This document shows, one piece after another, positions 25,952 through 39,399 of a stretch of DNA of 64,000 nucleotides (the stretch's first letter is position 1; the number at the start of each line of letters is the position of its first letter). Under the pieces are notes generated by a model. The model was not told the origin of the DNA and made no database searches. It saw only the letters and a program-made list of their open reading frames with translations. The position numbers and the translations under genes were made by a program. The DNA lies in NCBI RefSeq assembly GCF_000150275.1, contig NW_002060947.1, positions 5,677,086 to 5,741,085 of the forward strand, given 5' to 3'. This DNA is from Trichoplax adhaerens. Its lineage: Eukaryota; Animalia; Placozoa.

Positions 25952-28900
25952 CTAAATGATAAAAGGACATGATAACGTTAGTGAATTTATGCTGACCAAT
26001 AGCTTCATTAGTATGCTATCCAAAGTTTCGTATACTGATTCCATAAATATTATAGCCAAAATAGCATTAATTGCTATACTGGCTATCAATAGCTTTACTA
26101 TTCTTTTGAAGGAGTACTTGGATGTATCTGTAATACATAATTGCATGCAGTTACTTCAAACATGGTACAACTTTATACTAGCAAAATATAAGTATTTACT
26201 CACTTGGAACTAAGGTCGAAATTGCAGCAATTTCTTTGTTATTCGGACAGTTACTTGTACAACTCCTGGTGTGGTTATCCATATTTTGACCAGATTCATA
26301 TGTTACATTGTTTGCCAAGTTGGTATTAGAATAAAATACTGCAATATTTTAAACGAGAATATTCTAAATTATGTGAAAACTGACAGATTGATTAATTATC
26401 GCAAATTAAATGAATCATAATTACCATTACGGTATTCAGGCATACGACTTTGACGAGCACCAATATTTAAAGATTCTAAAGAATCAAACAGATTATCAAC
26501 ATTGCTTGGTAGTCCATTGTTGAGCATCGAAGATTGTTCTAACTGTGGCATCCAACTCTCGCTTAAACTTGAATCAGACGTGTCGTTAGTATCCGATTTG
26601 GAGTTAAGGCGCCGGAATTTATGCTTTCGCAACCTGGAAATTAAATGGTAAATACTAGATGGATTAAAATAGATTATCCAACGATAATTACCATCTGAAT
26701 AATTTAAAATTAAAATTTATTTAGTATGGTTATAATTACCGATTTTTCGATTTTTCCATCCTTTTGCATAATACAAGCACAAATATTACCGAATTTAGAA
26801 TAACGATTACAATACAGCAGATTATCTTAATTAAATATGATACAGTCATGTTGTCAGTCATGTTATCCAGTCTGAGCCAGCTATCCTTTGCATACGCTAC
26901 AATCCATAAGACTAGCGGAATTATTAATACAGCTCTCTTTAACACAATTTGATAAAGTGCGATACCAAAATTAATCATAAAATTAAGCGTAAAGCCAATG
27001 ATATATATATAGGAATCTTCCAAATGGGATGTTACTATACGAGTATCCATTGACCATGACCTATTTTGCGTATAATTACAGACTATTCCCGCTTCAAATT
27101 TACAGTTAGCTATTATTGTTGACATAGTTTTCGCTAGTAGGAGGCATGAACAAAATAGTACCATAAATTGAATAACAATCATCACTTTCGGCGGTCTTCT
27201 GTTGGTTGGTGCATACTTCTATAATAGTTGTCATTAATGCAAAGACATAAATTTGTTTAATAAAATTACTATTACTTGTATTATGTAGCTTACTAAATTC
27301 TTGTGTAGATTTAAAACATAAATTATTATTATATCAATATTACTGATAGCATGCACCTTCATCATGCTCTTTTTTAATGATTCTTTCAAAATTTCGGACT
27401 TTATGAAACGATTTTGTAGTGTTAGATGTCGTTTGACGATACATTGACAACTTTTACATAAGGGATATTGTTTTTCTAGTGCGGCTTTGAATGCTTCAAA
27501 TGGTTGATTATTATCATATTTCTTGAAATGAGATTTTACATGATCATTCAGCAATATATTTAAAGAATAGAATTGGAAATAAGCCATCAATAAATTTGTG
27601 TTTCCCTCGTGCTGAGAAAAAGCGGATAAAAATGAATGACTATTGCTATTACCATACGTATGTTCCTGCATACCTCGGGAAATTTGGCAATCTGATTTAT
27701 TATAATCTCTTGCTTCCTGTAGCATTCTATACAAAGTGTTGCTCGCATCGTTAAAGGTGTAGCTGGTTGTTTTACTATCAAGGTAGATAAAATAACTTAA
27801 TAATATATGTAGCTCAAAATGCGATAGGAAAATATTAGCAAGGAAAGTATCGTGTAACACAAGCAAGATGGTGATATTTTTTTATGATGATTTCAAGATG
27901 TACCGTTTGAGCTGTTTCTGTTCATAACTATTGTGTCTGCATATTCGTGATTTCCATTCACCATTTCGTTTATTTCTTTGTTATAACCACCATCCTAGAA
28001 AAAGGTTTTATACAATTCAATGACCGTAGACATACAAGTAGATAAGTTAAGTAAGTGAATATTATAAACTAAATATGCCGAGAAAGCTACAGCGTGTCAA
28101 ATTGTTGATTATTTAATATCGATGAAAAGATCTATTTAAAGGATTTACATTATAAAACTGGAAAATTCACTCTAGATATAAATATGATAACCAATATGAC
28201 CATCTATAAGCGGATAAAATGTAACTTACTGCATTAAAGCCATTATATTGAGAGCAAAATTGGCAATACCAACTGTTTCGTTGTGATGTAGCAACCCAAT
28301 TATTGCGATTGCAAAACCAGCAATTGCGTCTCCTCCTATTCCCATCAGAGAGAAGTAATGTTAAAAGGTCATATCATAAGCCTCTAGGAGGTGCTACCGA
28401 CCCGAAAGTGCATCTGATAAAAGCAAGCACCAATAGGATAGCTTAATAAGTCAAGGCTATAGTGCTTCGAAGTACTATGGTGGACATGATGATCAATGTA
28501 CAGTATTATCGATCTCTAGTAGGTTTGACTAGTGCTAGGTGCAGTAGTTGGTTTGAAATGCAAAGCGTCCTATACTGTACTGGAAATAGCAACTAGCCCG
28601 TCAAAATGGAAGGTTTACAATGGCATTGATTGGCATCAACTTGTAATAGCATCCTCTCTATTTTAAGTACGTAGAACTCCATCCGAAACAGCCATTGCAA
28701 TGTAATGAATACTAGTTTAAGAGTAATTTAAATGTACAGTATGGATAGGTTGATCGTACTTACCATGGAAAGATCCAAAATAATGCAAAGAATATTGCCG
28801 GTACACACAGGTAGAATCGAGTCCAGTCCTCATATTGATTGACCATCCAATTTTGGCGCATGAAATGCCAGAATTGATGTAGTAAATCGAGAAGATTGAT

Positions 28901-28954
28901 CGCACTACTAGGAACGTAGTCGTTCATACTGTTTATGATCGGAAAGTAAATCAT
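25952..28954 (-). CDS. TMEM201: Inner nuclear membrane protein TMEM201/Samp1 (Ima1 N-terminal zinc-finger domain), multi-exon
   Basis: Exon 28954-28763 (TM segment; TG|gtaagt donor) splices to 28335-28230 (RRRNCWFCNR...WYCQFCSQYNGF). Then DGGYNK, LCIEC...QIAKF and YPLCKSCQ follow, TM segments lie at 27185-26740, and a C-terminal TM exon (IASIAINA) ends at 25952. Confidence 0.85.
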
Positions 28955-30474
28955 TCCAGTCTAATCGATAGCACAGCACAGGCTCAATCTTTAAACACTA
29001 ATAAGAATAATTAAGCAATCCTAATTAGAAAAGAGTGCCAGTAAACCTGCAGCCACTATCCAATCAGCATCCTTAGAGTCATGGTCATTGAACAAGGTAA
29101 TGGAATGATCGAGTGAGAGATTAATAACCAATTCCCTGAAAGTATGATGGCAAAAGCCACCAAAATTGGCTTATCTTGATCAACTATGATTGCCCTTTTA
29201 TCGCTAATGATGGATTTTGACTTAATATAACTTTAATTTTGGCAAGGCCAGCATGGGTTATCGCGTGACATGTTGATACGTCCTCTAATCCAATGACGGA
29301 ATATCGTCAAGAATGCAATTTGCTGAGGGTGTCCACAACGTCCGTACGTCTGAGCTTCTGCCTTGAACGATTTGCACAGTCTTGTGTTTCAAGTAAGTGG
29401 TCAGTCAATATTATTTCTTGAGAGAAAGGAGGACCAGAGAGGGAAATGGATTACTAAATCGCAAGATGATGGTATTTCCTACCGAGATGAAAGCTTTCCT
29501 TGCCTTTTTGGTATTACAGAGCTGTGTTACCGTTGAAATTGAATATTGCTATGATTCAATTCAGATGGCCAAATACGATGGTAGTCGTGAGTTCGATACT
29601 CTTCAGTGTACACCATAGTACAGTACTGTAATCTAGAAGGTCTAGTGGTGTATGGGATGAGCTCGATTTACCCATCCAGTATGGTATGCAATGTAGACTA
29701 TCTTTTAGGCAAAATGTATACTGTACTGTATTCTATGATGTGCCTGATCCATTAAACTGCTGTCATGGTTGAGAACAACTTGACACTGAGCTATCCTCAT
29801 TCATTCATGATAGACAGAAAGTTATGGATAATCGCCAAAGGGATCAATTCCATTCTTAATTGATTGATAAATGAATAATTCATAAGCAATGGAAACGGAT
29901 GCTTGCAACAACATAGCTCCGCTCTTCAATTGGCATGATTGGTATGACCGTAGAATGAATGGAAGTTTTAGTACATTGCTTGATGTGAGCCACCGTATCA
30001 AACCGTTTCAACTACAGTCGATTTAAAGTGTGGGCAAAGTAAAATGAACACTTTCAATCTAGTTTCAACGGCCTGACTTGAGTAGAACAATAATGTAGAA
30101 GATTTGATGAATGTAAAATGCGCAGTGAACAAGGCAGGCAGCCATCCACCATTCCTGTATGTAATATTATTGCCCACTTCCCCACTAATCATGTACAGTT
30201 GTACACTAATATACCGTCGATCATGATGATAATGCGTACGCAACTGGAACAATAACGTCATCCAACTAGAACCGTACTAGGTCACAATCTGTTATTTAAT
30301 TATGTTCTACACTGTCTCTATCGATTTATAGAGATAGACATAGATAGATACATCAGAGCATATTGGGTTCTGAATCCTTTTCTCTTTGTAGCAGTCTCTC
30401 TCTCTCTTAGGCGTACTTGCAGTAATCCAGTTCTCTTTTCTGAAACATCTCTCTCTCTCTCGTCTCAGTCTCGA

Positions 30475-30760
30475 AGCACAGTACATACTGTAGCGAGATG
30501 TGTACATTGTACTGTAAGACGAATCTTGTAATACTGTACTAGTACTGTAATATTTGTATGAGTAAAAGGAAAAGGACTGACTGCAAATGCGTCGATCACC
30601 TAGGAAAGATGAAACTTGATGAGAGTCAAGTACAGCACTGTCAGAGTTCGGAGTGACGTAATGGAATGACCATAGTGCGACTGACCTGCGACCACCAGGA
30701 CTACAGTACACTACTGTACAGTACTGCACTCTCCTAGTAGACTGTACTGTACACTGTACA
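30475..30760. repeat. TACAG/CTGTA island, with CT tracts just upstream, between divergent TMEM201 and UFSP2
   Basis: Pentamer clusters, e.g. 30700-30760; (CT)n runs near 30395-30460. Confidence 0.7.
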
Positions 30761-30980
30761 CGGTGGTTGTTGTTGTTGGACGGATTGTAGAAGGAACCAA
30801 AATTCTTCTTCCATTTTTCTGCCTGTGAATAACAAAATTGATTTTATTCCAACCAAGTAACTACAAGACAACATCCCCTACTGCAAGCGACAGATAGACA
30901 AGCGTAAATTAGCTGTCACATTGATCGATCTATTCAAGCTTTCGTTACTGTAGAAAGGATTAATCGCCATCGATGTGGAC

Positions 30981-33900
30981 ATGGTCCAAGTTACAATTGA
31001 TGAATGCATCAGCAAAGCAAGTGTCACTAGGCTTGATTTCTATAATTTTCTTTGACTTTGGATATAGAAAATAACGATGGATTCGTGAATAATCTTAATT
31101 TTCTTCCTTTTTCAATATCAACGGTATACGTGCATGGAGTAGAAATTAACCCAATCCAGTGATGACCATTTTGGTTTATTGTACGGATTGATCAATCAGC
31201 AAAATGTTTTTATTTTGGGCTGCGCCAAATGTAATTCATTGACTGGCGTTACTTCTCCCGATTGGAAGTTATGCTTAAAGAAAATCCAACCATTTCTACC
31301 TGGAGGTCAGATTATACTACAATTGCAATAATCAAGCTATTCAATAGTGTGGAAATGGTCAGATCGATTACAATAGTGTACAGGACTTGAAATGCCTGCT
31401 TCGCAGTCTACGTATCAAAGATAGTGTAGCTTACCGGTCTTTATGATGACAATATATTCAAATCTCTTCGGCTTTTCATCTTATTGAAATATTTTATAAC
31501 TGGTTGCAATGTTGTTGTATCATGCTGAATGTTTTAGCCTTGATTCATTGTTCTTATTAGGAATTTCAGTATGCGGAATCTTTCTAGCCAAAGGGAATAA
31601 TGATCAAACTTTAACAGAAACGTGCAAAAAAAATCTCAAGCTGCTAGTAGACACCAAGGTAAATTACTGCAATCTTTTACGTATCATTCTACTATAGCCC
31701 AGTTAATTAAATTAATGACAAAGATAGCAAGAGTTGAAAGGTTGAATGGCCAGATTTTATCAGTTGTCGCTTAACCGACATCAAAAATAATATCAATTCT
31801 ATTGGCACTTTATGATGCAATACTATTGACTTATTAGCTTGTAGACAATTCAGAATTACTGGTTGGCATTGTTGTGGATGGTAAAAGCGAAATCGATAAA
31901 GTTATGATACACAACTCGGATCAACGGATAGCAGTGGATACTCAATTCAAATTAGTGGAACATTTGCAGGATAAACTACTCAATTTTAGAATAAAAGTAG
32001 ACATTCCTGTGTACTTCAGCCCTTATAACAGTTAAGTAGTGCATATTAGTGTAATTTTCGCCCTGGTCAAATGAAATTCTAACGATAAAATACTGCTACA
32101 GTAATATTTCAATCTTATTATAGTATTATTAATCATAAATTTTATCCAATACACTTAGAGGAAAGCATTGAACGCGAAATGAGCAGGTTAAGGCAGATTG
32201 TAACAAGTCAAAGAAATTGCTATTTTATTCGGGACTGGCAGCTTATGCTGTCGTGTAATTCGGATGCAACTTGTGATAGTGCTAAAACATGCCGAGATTT
32301 TATTAAAAATCAACCCAAATCGGCTGATAATCCGGTAAATTTTATATGCCATCAATGAAACTTATAAAATTTTACATGCACTGTAATTATACGATGACGA
32401 TGAAACTGATAACGTCATTTTCGTCCCTTCAATAGTCACTGAAAAGGATTGACGTGGAATTATTACAAAAAACCACTGATCGCTCATCAAATTTGCACAG
32501 TCCCATACTGGACTGTGAAGTATTATTATCAAGTATGTGCAAATATACTTTACTATTTAATTTCATAATATACTAGTGTTATAGTCAATATTAGCTTGTA
32601 GTACAGCAGATCTTGATTATATTTTTTAACCTTTCTATTAGATAACTGCAAACTTCATGAAATCATGCTATCCATTGAAATTCTAGTTTTGTACTTCAGA
32701 GATACTGGTGTAAAGCACTTAGCTAAACTATTTACAGATGCGATATTAATCCAACTGGATGAAGTGAAAAATTTACTCCAAGATGTTAGCTATACTAAGC
32801 TAGAATTTTACTATTACTAAATGGCGTCATTTTGGGGGAATTCCATACTTAATTTTCCCAATTTTAATTAGAATAATAGAAATCCAAACCATGCTATTCC
32901 GGAAGTCTTTCAGTATGTGCTTCCTGACAGTAATTGCCCAATTATGGTCATGTATCCAAACTTACAAATTAATGGTGAATTGGTTGCAGAAGAAACACTA
33001 GGTTATTTTTTACACAGTAGAAACGATCAATTTCAATCAATATAAAAGCCGTTAATAGGACTAGACGTCAATACGTGCTTACTCTTACAGTATCATCGTA
33101 ATGTATTAATGCACCCTATATCTCTTTTTTAACCCCCAAAGAGGACTACCGTAGACATTTACATATGATGTTTTGTCTGCCGGATAATAAACCGTTACTA
33201 AAGCGAGCAAATTCCTATCAATATCGCAGTCAGTTTAAAGGTGATGAGTGCTTTCTAACTTGTAAATTCTGTAACGCGGAAAGTCAATAAGAATTAAATC
33301 TTGTTAATCTATCCTATGTGTATTTTGATATTACTATATTTAGACGGACATCTAGTTAATACTCACGAAGGGCTTTCTATGCCAAAAGGTTTGTATATAT
33401 ACACTGTTTACGAAATTTTAATTTTACAAACTATTATCCTAATGTGAATTTTTGTTATCTGACGTAGGTGATGGCACGCAAATTGCTCTAGTAGATGGAT
33501 GCTACTCTTACTTTCATTATATGCAGGATAATATCAATGATGATGTAAGAAATGCCTTCCGCGGCGACGATTCTATACTTCTTATTAGCTTTACTTGTAC
33601 GAGGATACGAGCAGCATCATTATTATTAAAGTTGTAATTTTTTTCTTAGCAATGGGGGTGTGCCTATCGTTCATTTCAAACCCTCTATTCTTGGTTTAGA
33701 TACCAAGGTTATACAGATAAGGCAACACCAATGCATAAGGATATCCAGCAAGTAAGAAAATCTATTCAGTGACTATTATGCAAGGTTCTCTTTAGACTTA
33801 TACTCATGAACAGTAATCCTATTATCGACTTGTTTGTAGGCTTTATGTGATGTTGGTGATAAGCCGTCAACTTTTGTTGGATCTAAAAAGTGGATAGGCT

Positions 33901-34801
33901 CGTACGAAGTTAGCATCTGCTTAGACCATTTCTTAAATGTACGTGAAATCTAGGAGTATAGATTTAAGTTAGAGCTTTAAGAAAGCGACAGCGGTTTAAT
34001 CTTAAATAAGTTTACGATAGCTTATTTGTTGTCAGTATGTATATACATATATATTATTATGCTTTGAAATATTAGGTTTCAAGTAGAATTGTATGCGTTA
34101 GTTCTGGAGCAGAACTACCGCAGAAAGCTCGAGAACTCGTCAGTCATTTTCAAAGTGAAGGTACTCCAATCATGATAGGTATGAAATTTGTTGTTAACAT
34201 TTACACCAACAATGACTTATTTTAGTTATAATATGCGTATAAGGATTCTTATGGTGATCTCTATTATATGTAGGTGGCGGTGTTTTAGCACATACAATTT
34301 TAGGAATTTCCTTTAATGAAATTACAGGAGAAGTGAAATTTCTTATATTGGATCCGCACTACACTGGAAGAGATGATTTAAAAACCATACATTCCAAGGT
34401 TAGGTTATAGCACAAATTGCAAACTATTTTCAGCGAATATGCGTAAATGTGACTATTTCAATTTAGACAATTAAAGCGTTTTCTGTCATTTACAGTATAT
34501 ACGATATATCTTTCATGCGTAATCGTATCGTGTAATCCGTCTATTATAGGGATGGTGTGGATGGAAAGGACCGAACTTTTGGGATCAACGAGTAAGTTTA
34601 AATTTCTATTTACAGATAGTAATGTGAGATTAGTCGTGTCTATTCAAAGAAAAATTGGAAAGCGCTATAAAATTTTCAAACACAGAATTTTCGTGATTTA
34701 TGGAGCATTTAATACTTAATTTTTATTTTACCCCTGCTATCTTTTATACTTCGTAGGCAAACTACAACCTTTGTCTTCCAATGACACCATCAATGGTTTA
34801 G
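30981..34801 (+). CDS. UFSP2: Ufm1-specific protease 2, multi-exon, with long N-terminal extension
   Basis: [14 protein letters not shown]|[16 protein letters not shown] (catalytic Cys), [68 protein letters not shown]. Stop TAG ends at 34801. The first exon and start are less certain. Confidence 0.92.
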
Positions 34802-36106
34802 TCTGAGTTCATCCGTATATTTAATATATTCAATAAATGTTTTAAACCTAAGTGCCGGTATTCATTTGAATCAAACGTCGTTTTCTACGTTCAGGTATAA
34901 ACTGTTTAAGAAATAGAACCAGTGAGCAGATCAAGTGATGATGTAACATTATACACTACACCATCTTGTCTATAGTCAGCGCCCTTGGAATGCAACTACA
35001 GTAACCGCCGTAAATGATTAAATTCTAAAATTTCTTTCTATATATCCAAGATCATAGCCATCAAGTTGGTGCACCGCGCACTTATAGTGCCGGTTACAAA
35101 CGGGGACATTCAAATACTTCGATTAACCTTTGCAGCCGTTGTTAATTAGCTTAAAATCTTATTTCACTGTACCTAGAGTACAATACGTTTCGATATTAAC
35201 TGAATGTCATGCGAATGAGTAGGAAAAAACTTGCTATTGAAACGGAAAGAATTATTATAGTCCATTAGGTTGCCGCTACTATTGCAAAAAACTAACATTT
35301 ATTAATGTTTTCGCTGGACAACTTACGTAGTCACAAGTAAACAACGTATTGGTGACTTAAAAAAATCCATTAGAATAGAATACGAGTACTCTCTGAACAA
35401 GTTGAAGTGGCATTTGTAATAATTAAGTCAAAATGATTCTAATGTATTTAATATACATAGATACGTATATACGGTATAGACTTTATGCACATATTCTCTC
35501 TGTCTATATAAGGTACTGTATCTATATACATATACTTTTACAGTAACATGACTAGGACAAATCATTACATAATCTAATTAACGTTAGCGTCAATTACAAA
35601 AAAGTCGTATAAAAACACTACACAATCTCAGTTGATCTATGCTGGCATGAATACTAAGTACACATATGATAACAGTAGCAAAAGCTTGTAACTGCTAGCA
35701 GTAAGAGAGAGAACTATAGTACATCATGCTCACGATCACGTTGTGCGTGTTCATGATAAACTTTTTGTATAAATTTAATTTAAACCTTGCCAAAATGTAT
35801 ACATGTAACAATCTTATCATTATACTATTAACATAGATGAGCACGACACAGACTAACATCCTTGTTCGGCGCATAGTTAAATTAAGATGAATATAATACA
35901 AGAGACTTGAACCTATTTCTGTTATCGTGATAAAACTTGAATACAGTAATAGTTATTTCCTTGATAGTGCATACTATTCAAATTACTTTACAATTGATAC
36001 AGTAATCATCTGGAGTTGTAACTTTGCTAGAATAATTAATTGATTGCAATAGAAAATAAGCAGGATGATCAAATAATTCAGAAATAGGTTAAATAATAAT
36101 GATATA

Positions 36107-39072
36107 TTATTCGTTCATCCAACTTTCTTCTACTATAGCAGAAACTTTCTTTTCATATTCACGTTTATTCTGCTGATATAATTGGGCAGCTAGGCTGTTT
36201 GCAGGACTATTAGGATTAGGTTCATCTAAAAGAGACTGGATCAACAAAATAAATAGTTATTACGGATTGATGCATAGAAAACGTCTCTAAACGTTGACCA
36301 ACGTGTACAACAGAGAATGTGAAATGATCAGGCTTTAAAGTTACTTAGCTTACTTGTATCGAAGTGAGGATAGCTGACACATCATATGTAGGACTCCATC
36401 TATTTTGTAATATATCTAGGCATATCCCGCCGTCCGCATAAACTACAATTAAGAATATGTAGCAAGGCATGAATTCGCGATAGCTTTGTTTACAGTCGTC
36501 AATACACTTTAACGTTAGGTGTATCAAGTATTTTTCCTTGGTTGCAGACATTGAACTTGTAAACAAATCTTCACAGTATTTACGCAACATCGCTTTAAAG
36601 TCTTACCATTAGGATGAAACATTTTGGAGACAAATCTAACTGCGGGAGGTTTGTTAGGATAATCTTCCGTAAACCGAATCGTTAATTTAAAGGTACCTAT
36701 AGCCATTCCGAATCGGCGTGGATAATCATGACAGATAAAAGTAATAAATAAGTTTACGAATACCGAAAATTCAACATCGCTATGACATTTTAATAGATAG
36801 TCAACTGGTGTTCAAAGGAAGTGGTAAAAAACTTTAGCAGTTGCGTTGGTATTACAATCTTTTCAATTTATGAACTAACCGTCTTCAAAAGGTGTATCAT
36901 GAGGTCTATAAGCGAGGTCCATCGTATATCCATTTCGATATATGAAAATAAAGATATAATATACAGTATCTTAGAATTTGCCTGGCATGATTTAAAAATG
37001 TTGATAAGAGTACTCGTACTGCTTGGACTAGCTTTCATGGGTATTTATACAGTAATAGCTCACTGGCTAACATTCTTATTGATATATCATGTCAAGTATA
37101 GAATCATTCGTTGGGGGACGGTATCCCTACTCTACAAGTGCGTCAATCATTACCCAAATATGACCGCATTCCAAATTAAAATATTGTCTTCGGTAGGAGC
37201 TCCGCTTACACCTGCTGGTGGATCTTCTTGTAATCTAGTTTGATGGGATGAAGAAAAAAAAGTAGCGATATCCGTTAAGTGTAAGCTATTTTTGAAATGC
37301 ATTTTAAGAGTTCATGTCCTATCTACATCACATGAAATCCATGAAATGGTGCTTTCTAGTTACACACCCTAGCTATCATTGCCTATTGCTATAACTCAAT
37401 CCCTCATTCATTATAGCTGGTACAGGATAATTCCATTACGGTAAGCGCACTTTCTGAGGGATAAAGCGATGTAAAAAGCGGAGTGAAACAATTATTGATG
37501 ACAGTGGCAACTATTGTAAATCATTGCAATTAGGAAATTGATTATCATGAACTCCATCCAAGGATATTACTACAGTAGGTTATTTCACACGTAATACTAC
37601 AAATTTGGATGATGGAAGTCCGATATCACTAGGCACCGTAGTACGCGTCGGTGTTAAACGAGACTTTGGAACGTTTATCCTCTATCCACTCAGATGCATG
37701 ATGACAGCATTGAAACACTCTCCAAAGCGTTGATATGCTATACATCATGATGGACTTGAACTGTCATATTTAATTTGGATACAGTACAAGATCGAAGAAG
37801 AATCGTTGGCGTTGCCAGGGACTACTATGGTGCTGCTGATATCAAACTGATACTGTATCATCGCCAACGTCACTCCTTCCTTTCAAGCACTACAGTAAGA
37901 CATGTCCAAGGTGATGTTGTTCACGACTGGCAGTCCATTAGCGACTCCTCTCTCATTATTTCTGTTATAGTCCATCCAACTCCAACTGCATTATCGCCAA
38001 CCTCACTGTACACTGTATAGTTACTCAAGATTACCAAGTCCTTACTTTTAGGTACAACAGTAAGCCATGTCAAGGCTTTATCTTGTTGACTCCTGTAAAG
38101 TTGATCAGCGACTGCTGTTCTTTTTCTTCGCCAACGTCACTGTGCACTGTCGTATACAGTATCGTTACTCAAGATTGCAAAGCCCTTCCTTTCATCCTGT
38201 ACAGTAAAACATGTCTAGGCTTATCTTGTTCACTCCTCCAAGTCTATCAGCGATTCCTCTCTCTCCTTTTTCTAGCATAGTCTGCGAAAGAGGATAAAAC
38301 TGGAGACTTTTCGACCTATTCTACGTCCATGGATTACTAGAAAATTGTCCAATTTTCGAATCATTGATGGTATCCATGGTAGTCACAGTCAAGCAATACA
38401 GCAAGTTGAAATGACTAGCAGCAAGCCACTACACGCGCATGCCCCAATGTGCTGCGTCAGTCTACGTGATACGACCTACTAGGGTACGGAAACTGAAACG
38501 GTACGGTACCACTTTGTACTGTACAGTACAGTAAGTATCACAGCTCTACCCGTCCTCAACCATAGTATAGCTACGGAAGACGCAGCTACGGACTGTATTG
38601 TACTCTAGTGTAACTTGTCTATCATCCACTGCATACAATCTTGTACAGCCAGCTAGAATGGTTGTACAAATTGAATAAGACTTTGGCTCCTGCAGTGCCA
38701 TATAAAACGTGAAAACTTCATGGTCGATGACAAACTTGATTAGGCCGCTCTTCTTTTACTTATTGATCTTCATTTTAGAAGTTATGTCATCACTAGGAAT
38801 AATTCTCCACTATACAGCACTATCAACGAGTTTCGATACTTGAAACCGATGATGCAAGTACCATTTTCATTATCCGTAGCAATGTAAATTACTGAATAAG
38901 GTCGATGGGAAATAGTGGGTAGACAAACATGAAAAGACAGTATCAACGCGCTACAACAGTCAATGGATTTCAATCTAGGTTTATGTTTAATCATTCCTTT
39001 CAATCCAATACTGTATTGCTGTACTTACTTTTTAAAGTCTCTCATTAATCGTCTTCTTGCTGGTGTCGACAT
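36107..39072 (-). CDS. UBE2A: Ubiquitin-conjugating enzyme E2 A (Rad6), 6 exons
   Basis: Exon 1 39072-39029 [14 protein letters not shown], then [75 protein letters not shown]...SWMNE*. Confidence 0.96.
37861..38262. repeat. Degenerate tandem repeat, 3 copies of about 133 bp, in UBE2A intron 1
   Basis: tcgccaac(g/c)tcact...acagtaa..catgtc...gcga recurs at about 37861, 37994 and 38128. Confidence 0.75.
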
Positions 39073-39150
39073 GGTGAACTTGTCTACTAGGCTATATCAC
39101 TGTTGTCGTCCGTATGTTGAATGTGGATGTTGTGTTATTACTTTACACGT

Positions 39151-39177
39151 AGAGAGAGAGAGAGAGAGAGAGAGAGA
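39151..39177. repeat. (AG)n microsatellite just upstream of the UBE2A start
   Basis: Perfect AG dinucleotide run. Confidence 0.9.
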
Positions 39178-39399
39178 CAACTTGATGATGAGAAATCGAG
39201 GGGCTAAACCAACCAGATTGATTAATAATGGTCCAATTTTCTTACAAGTTATCACTGGCTACCTTGATCGTTACTTCACCAGCAATCAGCAGGCCAGAGG
39301 AAAGCCAAGAGTCTTTCCACTTTTAATGATCAATATTAAAGAACATCGACGTCGACACAGGGACCCTATCGATTTGGGATGATGTTGGTCTTACAGTAC

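Noticed and set aside
27520-27680. Apparent frameshift between overlapping TMEM201 ORFs 27587-27781 and 27234-27866
   Set aside because: Explained by a phase-0 intron (FPE|gtatgc ... tttcaag|KYDN)
28402-28487. Apparent TMEM201 first exon with a premature TAA (MSTIVLRSTIALTY*AILLVLAF...), suggesting a pseudogene
   Set aside because: A better, stop-free first exon exists at 28954-28763 with a consensus TG|gtaagt donor in the right phase, so this segment is most likely intronic
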